Shown piece by piece: positions 1 through 9,239 of a DNA stretch of 64,000 nt (positions are counted from its first letter, which is position 1; every line of letters begins with the position of its first letter). Source of the stretch: Candidatus Latescibacterota bacterium (GTDB lineage: Bacteria; Latescibacterota; UBA2968; GCA-2709665); contig CBDCOX010000002.1 in the NCBI GenBank assembly GCA_965219995.1, positions 3,168,001 through 3,232,000 of the forward strand, given 5' to 3'. The notes under the pieces are model-generated. The model made no database searches, was not told where the DNA came from, and was given only the letters and a program-made list of their open reading frames with translations. The position numbers were made by a program, and so were the translations under genes.

Positions 1-593
1 CAGGGGCCGTCGCACCGTTTGATCTCGTAGTCCAGGCACAGACGGACGTTGTCCGCCGGCAGCGCATAGTCGCAACTGCGGACCCGGAACAGCCGGTGCA
101 TCGTTTCCAGCGTCCGGCGCAGGGCCTTTACGTCCGTATAGGGGCCCAGATAACGCGACCCGTCCTTGACCACGTCGCGCGTGAACACGATCCGGGGAAA
201 CGGCTCATCGGTAATACGTATAAAGGGGTATTTCTTGTCGTCCTTCAGATTGATATTGTACCGGGGCTTATGCTCTTTGACCAGATTGGCTTCCAGAATC
301 AGGGCCTCCACCTCGGTATCCGCCACGATGTATTCCAGGTCTCTCGTGTTGCGCACGAGCGCCCGGAACTGCCGCCGGCCGTCGTCGGCGTTGGACCGGA
401 TGTACGACTGCGCGCGGCTTCGGAGGCACTTGGCCTTTCCGATGTAGATGATCCGCCCCTGTTCGTCCTTCAACATGTATACGCCGGGTTCCCGGGGCAT
501 GTGCGCCACAATCTCGTTCAGGCGCCTCCGCACGGCCTTACGGGTCATCTTCACCGGCGCTGCGCCGCGATTTTCGGATCCCGAATTCATCAT
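1..593 (-). CDS. uvrC: Excinuclease ABC subunit C, N-terminal part (runs off the window edge; absent from the ORF track)
   Basis: Manual minus-strand translation: MMNSGSEN...PREPGVYMLKDEQGRIIYIGKAKCLRSR...EALILEANLVKEHKPRYNINLKDDKKYPFIRIT...YLGPY...CLDYEIKRCDGP = GIY-YIG domain plus Cys-rich region of UvrC. Alternative starts at 590 or 548. Confidence 0.95.
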   Translation of the reverse strand, partial: MMNSGSENRGAAPVKMTRKAVRRRLNEIVAHMPREPGVYMLKDEQGRIIYIGKAKCLRSRAQSYIRSNADDGRRQFRALVRNTRDLEYIVADTEVEALILEANLVKEHKPRYNINLKDDKKYPFIRITDEPFPRIVFTRDVVKDGSRYLGPYTDVKALRRTLETMHRLFRVRSCDYALPADNVRLCLDYEIKRCDGP

Positions 594-605
594 CCATGCC
601 CTGGA

Positions 606-789
606 AACGACGAAACACGCGAAAAAGACGAAAAATCCTTGGCTGAAAGCAATGGCCGCAAGAGGCACGAAAACACAGAATGAGAAACCGAATTCCACGA
701 ACCGCTGAATGCCTGTGTTTGGCGCCAAACTTCCATAATACCCCGGTTATGTTCTCTTCCTTCTGTGCCTTTTGTGCTTTTTGTGGCCG
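606..789. repeat. Imperfect ~9-mer purine-rich tandem repeats arranged as an inverted pair
   Basis: tggccgcaagaggcacgaaaacacagaa (~653-680) is an imperfect inverted partner of ttctgtgccttttgtgctttttgtggcc (~761-788). Similar 9-mers (acacaaag/acacgaag) occur at ~44558-44585 and ~61588-61613. Confidence 0.6.
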
Positions 790-842
790 AATTGACGGTT
801 GTCTTCTTTTGAGTTGAGGTTATAACCACCGGCCCGCGTTGG

Positions 843-1337
843 TCACAAGTCCAGAATCTCCACCTGCAAGCGCCGCAGATCCAGCAACCCGACCGTACAC
901 CGGCCGGTGACCCAGCCGCCCGCCTCCCCGGGATTCACCACCAGGGTATCGCCGCGACGGACGTCGATCTCGTGCGTATGGCCGTACACGATCACGTCGT
1001 AGGCGCCGCTTTCGGCCAGCGCGTCCACTTCATCGGGCTCGTGCAGCACCAGCAGCCGCCTGCCTTCGCAATCGAACGCATGAGGCGGCCGGTGGATGGG
1101 CCCCAGCGACTCGAACTGGGCGCGAAGACCGAATCTCTCGCCGTCGTTATTGCCGAAAACGCCCACCATGGGCGCGTTCAGGGCCGCCATCCACCTGGCG
1201 TTGAAGGGCGCGATGAAGTCTCCGGCGTGCACCACGAGTCCCACCTCTTTCTCATTGAACAACGCCACCGATTTCTCCACCGATGTCCGGTTGTCGTGCG
1301 TGTCCGCAATCAGTCCCACCAGATGCGCGTGTGCCAT
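843..1337 (-). CDS. Metallophosphoesterase, YfcE/MJ0936 family
   Basis: Calcineurin-like motifs DTHDN, HAGD, GNND, LHEP, GHTH, NPGE. Start trimmed to MAHAHLVG. Confidence 0.92.
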   Translation of the reverse strand: MAHAHLVGLIADTHDNRTSVEKSVALFNEKEVGLVVHAGDFIAPFNARWMAALNAPMVGVFGNNDGERFGLRAQFESLGPIHRPPHAFDCEGRRLLVLHEPDEVDALAESGAYDVIVYGHTHEIDVRRGDTLVVNPGEAGGWVTGRCTVGLLDLRRLQVEILDL

Positions 1338-1422
1338 GGAAACCGTCCGTTGGTTTGCGGGTTGCGAAGACCGTTTTCCGACTCGAAACGGGCGCGGCGC
1401 CGGGGCCGCGGGAGTCAAGACA

Positions 1423-1451
1423 AACTTACGTCCCTCCCGCGGTTTTGTCAA
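1423..1451 (-). promoter_or_regulatory. Putative sigma70 promoter for the metallophosphoesterase gene
   Basis: Minus strand TTGACA-N17-TAAGTT, about 85 bp upstream of the start codon. Confidence 0.55.
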
Positions 1452-1496
1452 CCGATGGGCACGTGTTAGGGATACGCTTCGGCGACATCGAACGCA

Positions 1497-1826
1497 AAAC
1501 ATGTCATTCTGAGCGCAGCGAAGAATCTCCCGTCTTCTCGGCTTGACGCGCAGCGGAAGCCCTCGCCAACCCATATGCGCGGAGGCATGGTTGCCCTGGC
1601 GCCGCCTCAGCCTGGAGGTGTAGGCGCAAACGTGCCGCCTGCCAGTTTCGCGCGAATAACAGAACACGCTCGGGTATCAAGCGATGCCGCAGTAGATCCT
1701 TCGTCGGCCTGCCTGCCGATGAACCGCCGGCAGACAAAATGGCCTCCTCAGGATGACATGTTGGGCGATCGGCCGGCCTGTCATTCTGAGCAACATTGAT
1801 GCCGGCAGACAGGAATGTCTGTCCCG
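1497..1826. repeat. Composite REP-like repeat cluster (family B)
   Basis: ~1632-1825 is homologous to ~22820-23015; ~1497-1590 is the reverse complement of ~52043-52134. Contains gtcattctgagcgcagcgaagaatctc and the ggcagacaggaatgtctg hairpin. Confidence 0.85.
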
Positions 1827-1840
1827 GAAATAGGTTTGTG

Positions 1841-1870
1841 TTGACAAGTACGATAGATTGTGTGAATTTT
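1841..1870 (+). promoter_or_regulatory. Possible his operon promoter
   Basis: Perfect TTGACA at 1841 but only a weak -10 (GAATTT/AATTTT). A GC-rich hairpin (~1896-1923) follows, before the hisG RBS. Confidence 0.35.
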
Positions 1871-1945
1871 GAGACCGTCCATAACGCGGGCGGGTGTCGG
1901 GGCGGCGCGGAAGTCGTCCCGACCGCCGTTACAGAGGAAAATTCA

Positions 1946-2875
1946 ATGCCGGTATTGAAGATCGCGCTGCCGTCCGGCAGCCTCCGGGATGCCACCCTCA
2001 ATCTGTTCGCGAACGCCGGCTATCGCATTCTCGCCAATCACAGGTCCTACACGCCGTCGATCGACGACCCGGACCTGGAGGGCCTGTTCCTGCGCGCGCA
2101 GGAAATCGCCCATTACGTGGAGCGGGGCGTTCTCGACGTCGGCCTGACCGGCAAAGACTGGATCCTGGAAAACGACGCGGACGTTGTCGAAGTCGTGGAA
2201 CTCCCGTACAGCAAATCCACCGCGCGGTCGGCACGCTGGGTGATCGCCGTACCGGAGGAATCGCCGGTTCGGACGGTGAACGACCTCCACGGCGGACGTA
2301 TCGCGACCGAACTGGTGAACGTGACCCGAAAATATCTCGACGCCCGGGGCGTGCAGGCCGAGGTGGAGTTTTCCTGGGGGTCCACGGAAGCCAAGGTCCG
2401 CACGGCCGGCGCGCCGCACGGCAGCGGAAACGGGGAGGACGACAGGGCCTTCGAGCCGGGGCTGGTGGACGCCATTGTGGAACTCACCGAAACCGGCTCT
2501 TCCATCCGCGCCAACAAACTTCGAATCGTGGAGGACCTGCTGGAAACCACCCCCCGGTTCATCGCCAACAAGAGCGCGTGGGACGACCCCTGGAAACGGG
2601 AAAAGGCACAGAACATCGCCACGTTGCTTGTGGGCGCCTTTCAGGCCGAAGACAAGGTAGGCCTCAAGATGAACGTCCGACGGCAGGACCTGGATGCGGT
2701 TGTGGCATTGCTTCCGGCCCTGAACAACCCCACGATCTCGAATCTGCTGGACGGCGACTGGGTGGCCGTGGAGGTGGTCGTTGATGAACGCGTGGTGCGC
2801 GACACCGTGCCCCTGCTGAAGAACAAAGGCGCCGAAGGCATCATCGAATACCCACTGAACAAAGTGATCTACTGA
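1946..2875 (+). CDS. hisG: ATP phosphoribosyltransferase, long form
   Basis: [36 protein letters not shown], and the C-terminal regulatory domain ([10 protein letters not shown]...[12 protein letters not shown]). RBS agagga. Confidence 0.97.
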   Translation: MPVLKIALPSGSLRDATLNLFANAGYRILANHRSYTPSIDDPDLEGLFLRAQEIAHYVERGVLDVGLTGKDWILENDADVVEVVELPYSKSTARSARWVIAVPEESPVRTVNDLHGGRIATELVNVTRKYLDARGVQAEVEFSWGSTEAKVRTAGAPHGSGNGEDDRAFEPGLVDAIVELTETGSSIRANKLRIVEDLLETTPRFIANKSAWDDPWKREKAQNIATLLVGAFQAEDKVGLKMNVRRQDLDAVVALLPALNNPTISNLLDGDWVAVEVVVDERVVRDTVPLLKNKGAEGIIEYPLNKVIY

Positions 2876-4170
2876 TGATCGACGTTGTCGTCCACGATGC
2901 GGAGAATCCGCCCCCGAGACTCCAGGCCATTCTCTCCCGGACCACCGATTTCGAGCCTGAACTGCTGGCCTCCGCGCAGGAGGTCGTCCGGGACGTGAGA
3001 GAACGAGGGGACGATGCGGTCCTGGAATACACCCGTCAATTCGACGGCGTGGAACTCGACGCGGGCCGGATCCGGGTGCCCGAGCCGGAAATCGAAGCCG
3101 CTTACCGCGGCACGGACCCGGAACTTCTCAGGACCATCTCTGCCGCGGCGGACAACATCCGGCGGTTTCACAACGAGCAGAAACAGACGTCCTGGTTCAT
3201 CGAAGACGGCGACGGCGTGGTGCTCGGCCGACGGGTGCTTCCCATCGAACGGGTTGGCATTCTCATCCCCGGCGCCAGCGCCCCGCTTTTCTCCACGCTC
3301 CTGATGGCGGCCATTCCCGCCGGGATCGCGGGCGTAACGCGAATCTGCATGGCCACGCCTCCACGGCAGGACGGGTCCGTGCATCCCGCCGTACTGGCGG
3401 CCGCGCAACTCGTGGGCGTCAAGGAAATCTACCGGGTTTTCGGCGCCCAGGCCGTTGCCGCCATGGCCTTCGGAACCGCCTCCATCCCCAGGGTGGACAA
3501 ACTCGTGGGTCCCGGCCACCCCTCCGTTCAGATCGCAAAGAAGTTGGTCTTCGGGACGGTCGACGTCGACATGGTTGCCGGACCCAGCGAGATTGTCGTT
3601 CTGGCCGACGAAAGCGCCAACCCGAGGCACGCCGCGGCCGACCTGCTGTCGCAGGCCGAACACGGGAGCGGGTTCGAGGCGGCCGTGTGCATCACGCCGA
3701 GCATCGACCTCGCGCGGCGGGTCGCGGACGAAGTCGAACGGCAGGCCGCCCGCCTGAATCGCCGCGACGACGTCCGCAGGGCCCTCCGCAACTTCGGCGC
3801 GGTGGTGGTGGTGAAGGACCTGAACGAAGGCATCGCGCTGGCCAACCGGATCGCCCCGGAACACCTGGAGCTCCTGGTGCGGGACCCCTGGGCCTGCCTG
3901 GACGACGTCCGTCACGCGGGCGCGGTCTTTATGGGCGCCGCGTCGTCCGAACCCGTGGGCGATTACTATGCCGGCGTGAACCACATCCTGCCCACCGCCG
4001 GCGCCGCGCGCTTCGCCTCGCCGGTGGGCGTGGATACCTTTCTGAAGAGCGCGAGCATCGTCTCCTACACGGACAGGCGCCTGAAGAAAACGGCCGGCGA
4101 CATCATCGCGCTGGCCGAAGCCGAGGGACTGGACGCGCACGCGAACGCCATCCGTGTCCGGCAGGAATAA
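2875..4170 (+). CDS. hisD: Histidinol dehydrogenase
   Basis: GAQAVAAMAFGT, DKLVGPG, DMVAGPSE, DLLSQAEH, APEHLEL, GDYYAGVNHILPT motifs; coupled to hisG. Confidence 0.97.
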   Translation: MIDVVVHDAENPPPRLQAILSRTTDFEPELLASAQEVVRDVRERGDDAVLEYTRQFDGVELDAGRIRVPEPEIEAAYRGTDPELLRTISAAADNIRRFHNEQKQTSWFIEDGDGVVLGRRVLPIERVGILIPGASAPLFSTLLMAAIPAGIAGVTRICMATPPRQDGSVHPAVLAAAQLVGVKEIYRVFGAQAVAAMAFGTASIPRVDKLVGPGHPSVQIAKKLVFGTVDVDMVAGPSEIVVLADESANPRHAAADLLSQAEHGSGFEAAVCITPSIDLARRVADEVERQAARLNRRDDVRRALRNFGAVVVVKDLNEGIALANRIAPEHLELLVRDPWACLDDVRHAGAVFMGAASSEPVGDYYAGVNHILPTAGAARFASPVGVDTFLKSASIVSYTDRRLKKTAGDIIALAEAEGLDAHANAIRVRQE

Positions 4171-4173
4171 GGC

Positions 4174-5253
4174 ATGGTCGATCCGCCCCTGAAACGCATC
4201 AAACCGGAAATCCGTTCGGTGGACGGGTACCACCTGACGCACTACGACTGTCCGGTAAAGCTGAATCAGAACGAAAGCCCGTTCGACATTCCGGACGATC
4301 TGAAAAACGAGATCCTGGAAGCCGTCCGGAAGCGACCCTGGTTCCGCTACCCCCAGCCGATGGAGATGGACCTGGTGGAAGCGCTGGCAGGGTACGTCGG
4401 CTGGCGTCCGGACGGGCTGATCGTGTGCAACGGATCCAACACCCTGGTGCAGCTGGTCCTGGCAGTCAGCACCTCCCCCGGCGCGCCCGTGGTGGTCCCC
4501 TCCCCCGGTTTTTCGTTGTACGGGCTCTACGCCGGCTTTTTCGGGGGCCGGGTGATTCCGGTGGACCTCAGGGCGGACCACACGTTCGATCTTCCGGGAA
4601 TCCGGGAAGCTGTCCGGCGGGAAAAGGCGAACATGGTCATTATCGGCTCGCCCAGCAACCCCACCGGCTGCGTCGTTTCCAACGCGGACCTGGAAGCCCT
4701 GCTCGGTGAGACCGACGCGCTGGTGATGGTGGACGAGGCCTATGCCGAGTTCAGCGACGAGACCGCGCGCGACCTGATCTCCGAGTATGCCAACCTCATC
4801 GTGTTGAAGACGTTCTCGAAAGCCCTGGGCGCCGCGGGCATCCGCATCGGCTACCTGATGGCGCATCCGGAGATCGCGGGAGAGGTCCTGAAGGCCAAGG
4901 TCCCATTCGACGTCAATGTCTTTTCCCATACAGCGGCGCTGCATATTCTGAAACACGGTCGCCTGATCCGGGAACGCGTGGGCATGATCCGGGAGGAACG
5001 CGAGCGGGTGTTCGCGGCACTGCGGAAGATCGACGGCGTACGCCCCTACCCTTCGCACGCCAACTTCATCCTCTTCGAAGTCGGCAACCCGGACCGGGTC
5101 TTCGACGGGCTGATCGAAAGGGGCATCCTCATCCGCAACGTGACTTCCTATCCGCGGCTGGAAAACGCCCTGCGCGTCAGCATCGGGACGGTGGAGGAAA
5201 ACACCCTGTTTCTGGACGCGCTCGAACAGACGCTCGACGATTCGTATGTGTAA
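4174..5253 (+). CDS. hisC: Histidinol-phosphate aminotransferase
   Basis: KLNQNESP, NGSN, SPSNPTG, VDEAYAEF, KTFSKALGAAGIRIGY (PLP lysine); operon context. Confidence 0.95.
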   Translation: MVDPPLKRIKPEIRSVDGYHLTHYDCPVKLNQNESPFDIPDDLKNEILEAVRKRPWFRYPQPMEMDLVEALAGYVGWRPDGLIVCNGSNTLVQLVLAVSTSPGAPVVVPSPGFSLYGLYAGFFGGRVIPVDLRADHTFDLPGIREAVRREKANMVIIGSPSNPTGCVVSNADLEALLGETDALVMVDEAYAEFSDETARDLISEYANLIVLKTFSKALGAAGIRIGYLMAHPEIAGEVLKAKVPFDVNVFSHTAALHILKHGRLIRERVGMIREERERVFAALRKIDGVRPYPSHANFILFEVGNPDRVFDGLIERGILIRNVTSYPRLENALRVSIGTVEENTLFLDALEQTLDDSYV

Positions 5254-5450
5254 CCTGGATCATATATAGAACATAAACTCACATGGATGGACAGGATGCA
5301 CAGGATAAAGCAGGATTAAAACCAAGAGCAGGATCAAGACCTGATGCAGGAAAAAGCCAGGCGCAGGAGAAAACTTCGCTGTTCCGGGCCGTAGCGATGA
5401 ATCCGTGCGCCTGCAGACCGCGCAACGTCGCGTCGACCAACCCGATTTCC
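5251..5450. repeat. Dispersed element (family C) beginning TAACCTGGAT, with (A/G)CAGGATG tandem repeats
   Basis: A homologous copy at 43211-43365 shares taacctggat...aacat(a/g)aact(c/t)acatggatggacaggatg(c/a)acaggataaa and a degenerate 3' part. Confidence 0.8.
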
Positions 5451-5491
5451 CGTTTTCGAAATGTGTCACGACTCAGGAAAGGGCGACCCCC

Positions 5492-6085
5492 ATGCCGGTT
5501 CTTCGCACCGCCCGCATCCAACGCAAGACGTCGGAAACCGACGTCGATCTCACGCTGAACCTGGACGGTTCGGGCGACGGCCGGCTGGAAACAGGCATCG
5601 GTTTTTTCGATCACATGCTCAACGCATTCGCCCGGCATGGCGGTTTCGACCTGGACGTGGCCTGCCGGGGCGACCTGGACGTGGACGCGCACCATACCGT
5701 TGAAGACGTGGGCATCTGTCTCGGCCGGGCGTTCACGGAGGCGCTGGGCGACAAGGCCGGCATTACGCGCTTCGGACACAGTTTCGTGCCCATGGACGAA
5801 GCCCTGGCGCGCGCGGCCGTGGACCTTTCGGGCCGGCCCTTCCTGGTCTACAATGCCGATCTGCCCGACGAAATGGTCGGCGCGTATCCGACGGCGATGA
5901 GCCCGGAGTTCTTCCGGTCCCTCGCGGACCACGGGCGCCTGAACGCGCATATCGATCTGATTCGCGGGACAAACGCCCACCACGCCACAGAGGCCGTTTT
6001 CAAGGCCGTGGGCCGGGCGCTGCGCCAGGCATGCGGGCAGGACCCCGGCGTAGTGGGAATTCCTTCGACCAAGGGCGTGTTGTAG
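5492..6085 (+). CDS. hisB: Imidazoleglycerol-phosphate dehydratase (monofunctional)
   Basis: RKTSETD, TGIGFFDHML, GDLDVDAHHTVEDVGI, PMDEAL, NAHHATEAVFKA, IPSTKGVL. Confidence 0.97.
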   Translation: MPVLRTARIQRKTSETDVDLTLNLDGSGDGRLETGIGFFDHMLNAFARHGGFDLDVACRGDLDVDAHHTVEDVGICLGRAFTEALGDKAGITRFGHSFVPMDEALARAAVDLSGRPFLVYNADLPDEMVGAYPTAMSPEFFRSLADHGRLNAHIDLIRGTNAHHATEAVFKAVGRALRQACGQDPGVVGIPSTKGVL

Positions 6086-6603
6086 TGTTCGATCCGGATT
6101 CCGCGGGCCGGAAGGTCCTTACGCTGGAGCAGGCCCGGCGGGTCCGGCAGCGCCTGAAACGAAGCCGCGCCAGGCTGGTTTTCACGAACGGCTGCTTCGA
6201 CCTGATCCATCCCGGCCACGTCGCTTTCCTGCAGCGGGCCCGCTCGCTGGGCGACGCGCTCCTCCTGGGCCTCAACAGCGACGATTCCGTCCGGCGCATC
6301 AAGGGCCGGGGCCGGCCGATTCTCACGGCCGAGGAACGGACCGTCGTGCTTGCGGGCCTGGAAGCCGTGGACTATATCTGCGTGTTCGAGGAGGACACCC
6401 CGCACAATCTCGTCCGGGAACTCCTGCCCGACGTCCTCGTGAAGGGCGGGGACTATTCGCCGGACCAGATCGTCGCCCGCGAGGTGGTCGAAGACGCCGG
6501 GGGGCGCGCGGCCACCGTGTCCACCGCGTTCAACACCTCCACGTCGTCCATCATTGAACGGATAAGGCAGCGATCAGCGGTCGGCAGTCAGCAGTCAGCT
6601 TGA
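6085..6603 (+). CDS. rfaE2: D-glycero-beta-D-manno-heptose 1-phosphate adenylyltransferase (RfaE domain II)
   Basis: VFTNGCFDLIHPGH, GLNSDDSVRRIKG, FEEDTP, PDVLVKGGDY, STSSIIERI. GTG start overlaps the hisB stop. Confidence 0.9.
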   Translation: MFDPDSAGRKVLTLEQARRVRQRLKRSRARLVFTNGCFDLIHPGHVAFLQRARSLGDALLLGLNSDDSVRRIKGRGRPILTAEERTVVLAGLEAVDYICVFEEDTPHNLVRELLPDVLVKGGDYSPDQIVAREVVEDAGGRAATVSTAFNTSTSSIIERIRQRSAVGSQQSA

Positions 6604-6900
6604 ATCAAAAGCGCCCTCACCCCCCGGACCATCAACCCCGGGGGAGACGTAAGACGTAAGACGTGAGAATTTGTGTGCCCCGTGTGGTTTCACATCTTTC
6701 CAGAGGCATTAAGGTAGAATCAATGGGGCAAGGATGTCATCTACCGTCTACCGTCTACCGTCTCACCGCTTTCAGGTTTGTCATCTACCGTCTACCCTCT
6801 TACGTCTCACCGAATTTACGAGACCTCTCCCCCCGGCCACTCACCCCCGGGGTAGACGCAAGACACGAGATAATATCAGTGCCCTAAAGGCGGTGAGAGA
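6568..6900. mobile_element. Heptamer-armed MITE-like repeat cluster (family A, core X) preceded by TCAGC heptamers
   Basis: AGACG(T/G)N heptamer arm, core tgccccgtgtggtttcacatc...caatggggcaagga, inverted CTACCGT arm, and a new unit starting taaaggcggtgaga at 6885. Confidence 0.8.
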
Positions 6901-6933
6901 TTTTCTCTTGAGGTTGGCGAAAACTGGTGCGCA

Positions 6934-8037
6934 ATGAGAATCCTCCACACCATTTACGATGACGTGGAGAATCCCTGGTGCGGAGGCGGCGGCGCGGTCC
7001 GGGCCCTGGAAATCAACCGCCGCCTCGCCGGCAGACACGACGTCACGCTCCTGACGGGGAACTTTCCCGGGGCCGCGCGGGAGGAAGACCGCGACGGGTT
7101 CCGGATACGCCGGGTGGGGACGAACCGGAACTACTGGCTCAGCCGTCTGAGCTTTTCGGCGCTGGCGTCGCGGGCGCTGGCGGCAGGGCCCTTCGACCTC
7201 TGGGTGTACGACTTTTCCGCGTTCTCGCCCGTTTGCGCCCTTCCATCCCTTCAGGCGAGGTCGGTGATGGTCTTTCACCATCCCATATCCGACCACGCCA
7301 CGCGGAAATATCCCGGCATCGGCATGGCGGCGGCCGTTTCCGAAGGCCTCCACGTCCGGCTGCCCCGCCGGATTATCGCGGTTTCTCCGAGCACGGCCCT
7401 GCACCTCAAAGGGCGCGCCCGTCCGAACACACCCATCCATACGATATGCAACGGCGTGAATCGAACGGCAGCGCCGGAAACGCGCGAAGAGGACTATATC
7501 CTCTTTTTCGGACGTCTGGATATCTACAACAAGGGCATCGACATTCTGCTTGCCGCATTCGCCAGGCTCGCACCGGCGCATCCGGACGTCCGCCTGGTCC
7601 TGGCGGGACGGGGTACCGGCGCGCGCCAGAGCGAACTGGCGGCCACTTCCCGGTCCCTGGGCATTTCCGATCGCGTCGAACTGACGGGGCCCGTCCCGGA
7701 AGCGGAAAAATGGAACCTCTACGGGGGCGCGTTGTTCACCTGTCAGCCCTCCCGTTACGAAGGCTGGGGCATCGCCGCCATCGAGTCGGGCGCCGCGGGG
7801 AAAGCGGTGATCGGCACGGAGATTCCGGGGCTTGTCGACGCCATACGGCACGACCGGACCGGCGTGCTCGTGCCCGCGGAAGATCCGGAAGCCCTGGCGG
7901 GCGCCATGACGGACCTCCTCGAGAATCCCCGGCGGCGCGCGGATCTGGGCCGAAACGGCAGAGACTGGGCCGCCAACTTTTCCTGGGACCGGATCGCCGC
8001 CGAACAGGAGCGGGTCTACGTTCAGGCGCTCGGGTGA
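6934..8037 (+). CDS. Glycosyltransferase family 4
   Basis: MRILH, GGG, FFGRL..NKG, PSRYEGWGIAAIES (ExxxxxxxE), GVLVP, FSWDRIA. Confidence 0.92.
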   Translation: MRILHTIYDDVENPWCGGGGAVRALEINRRLAGRHDVTLLTGNFPGAAREEDRDGFRIRRVGTNRNYWLSRLSFSALASRALAAGPFDLWVYDFSAFSPVCALPSLQARSVMVFHHPISDHATRKYPGIGMAAAVSEGLHVRLPRRIIAVSPSTALHLKGRARPNTPIHTICNGVNRTAAPETREEDYILFFGRLDIYNKGIDILLAAFARLAPAHPDVRLVLAGRGTGARQSELAATSRSLGISDRVELTGPVPEAEKWNLYGGALFTCQPSRYEGWGIAAIESGAAGKAVIGTEIPGLVDAIRHDRTGVLVPAEDPEALAGAMTDLLENPRRRADLGRNGRDWAANFSWDRIAAEQERVYVQALG

Positions 8038-8042
8038 CGGAC

Positions 8043-9239
8043 ATGACGACCGAATACTCAAATGACATCTGCATTGTGGGCGGGGCCGGGCGCGTGGGCC
8101 TGCCCCTTGCGCTGACCTTCGCCGACGAGGGCTTTCGCGTTGTCGTCTGCGACATCAACGAGGCATCCCTGAGGATGATTCGCGACGGGCAGATGCCGTT
8201 CGCCGAAAAGGGCGCGGACGATCTGCTCGCACGGGCGCTTGCGGAAGGCCGGCTGGATGTGTCGTCCGACCCGGCGTCCGCGGCCGATGCGGCCACCGTG
8301 ATCGTGACCATCGGCACGCCCGCGGACGAATTGACGAAACCGATTCTCTCCACCTTCAAGAGCCTCGCGGACGACCTGCTGCCGCACCTGTCGGACGATC
8401 AGCTCGTCGTTCTCCGGTCCACTGTTTCCCCGGGAACCACCGACTGGCTGTACGACTACCTGCGCGCCAACGGCAGAAACCCGAAGGTCTCCTTCTGCCC
8501 CGAACGCATCGTCCAGGGCCAGGCCGTCGAAGAAATCCGGTTGCTCACCCAGATCGTCAGCGGCGCCACGCCGGAAGCGGAATGGAAAGCGGCCGCCCTC
8601 TTCGAGCGGATCTCCCCGCGGATTGTCCGCCTGACGCCCATCGAGGCCGAATTCGCGAAGCTGTTCAGCAACGCGTACCGGTATATTCAGTTTGCGACCG
8701 CAAACCAGTTCTATATGATTGCGAACGCCGCGGGCGTGGACTACAGCCGGGTGCTCGAAGGCATGAAGAAAGACTATCCCCGGGCGCGGGACATCCCCCC
8801 GGCGGGCTTCGCGGCGGGCCCGTGCCTGCTGAAGGACACCATGCAGCTGGCCGCGTTCGCCAGCGACGGTTTCACCCTGGGACAGGCGGCCATGAACGTC
8901 AACCAGGGCCTGGTGAACTACCTCGTCGAGGAGGTGCGGAACCGCTACGGCGACCTGCGCCGCCTCCGCGTCGGCCTGCTTGGCATGGCCTTCAAGGCGG
9001 ACAGCGACGACGTCCGGTTTTCGCTGAGCTACAAATTGAAGGACATCCTGGCCTTCCGCGCCAGGGAGGTGCTGACCACGGACCCGTACGTGACCTCCGA
9101 TCCGAACCTTCTGCCCATCGGGGAGGTGATGGAAAGAAGCGATCTGCTGGTCCTCTGCGTGCCGCACACCGCGTACCGGCGTCTGGACCTCAAAAACAAG
9201 CCGGTCCTGGATATCTGGGGGTTTCTGAACCTTGAGTAA
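8043..9239 (+). CDS. Nucleotide-sugar 6-dehydrogenase (WecC/UDP-HexNAc dehydrogenase-like)
   Basis: GGAGRVGLP, VTIGTP, LRSTVSPGTT, CPERI, AEFAKLFSNAYR, GPCLLKD (catalytic Cys), GMAFKADSDDVR. Confidence 0.9.
   Translation: MTTEYSNDICIVGGAGRVGLPLALTFADEGFRVVVCDINEASLRMIRDGQMPFAEKGADDLLARALAEGRLDVSSDPASAADAATVIVTIGTPADELTKPILSTFKSLADDLLPHLSDDQLVVLRSTVSPGTTDWLYDYLRANGRNPKVSFCPERIVQGQAVEEIRLLTQIVSGATPEAEWKAAALFERISPRIVRLTPIEAEFAKLFSNAYRYIQFATANQFYMIANAAGVDYSRVLEGMKKDYPRARDIPPAGFAAGPCLLKDTMQLAAFASDGFTLGQAAMNVNQGLVNYLVEEVRNRYGDLRRLRVGLLGMAFKADSDDVRFSLSYKLKDILAFRAREVLTTDPYVTSDPNLLPIGEVMERSDLLVLCVPHTAYRRLDLKNKPVLDIWGFLNLE

Noticed and set aside
1870-1945. His attenuator or leader peptide
   Set aside because: No His-codon-rich leader and no U-tract after the hairpin.
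2869-5058. Long antisense or alternative-frame ORFs (also 11692-14343, 57159-59705, 46080-47540, 9969-11504, 96-683)
   Set aside because: They overlap well-supported genes and lack motifs; typical shadow ORFs of high-GC DNA.
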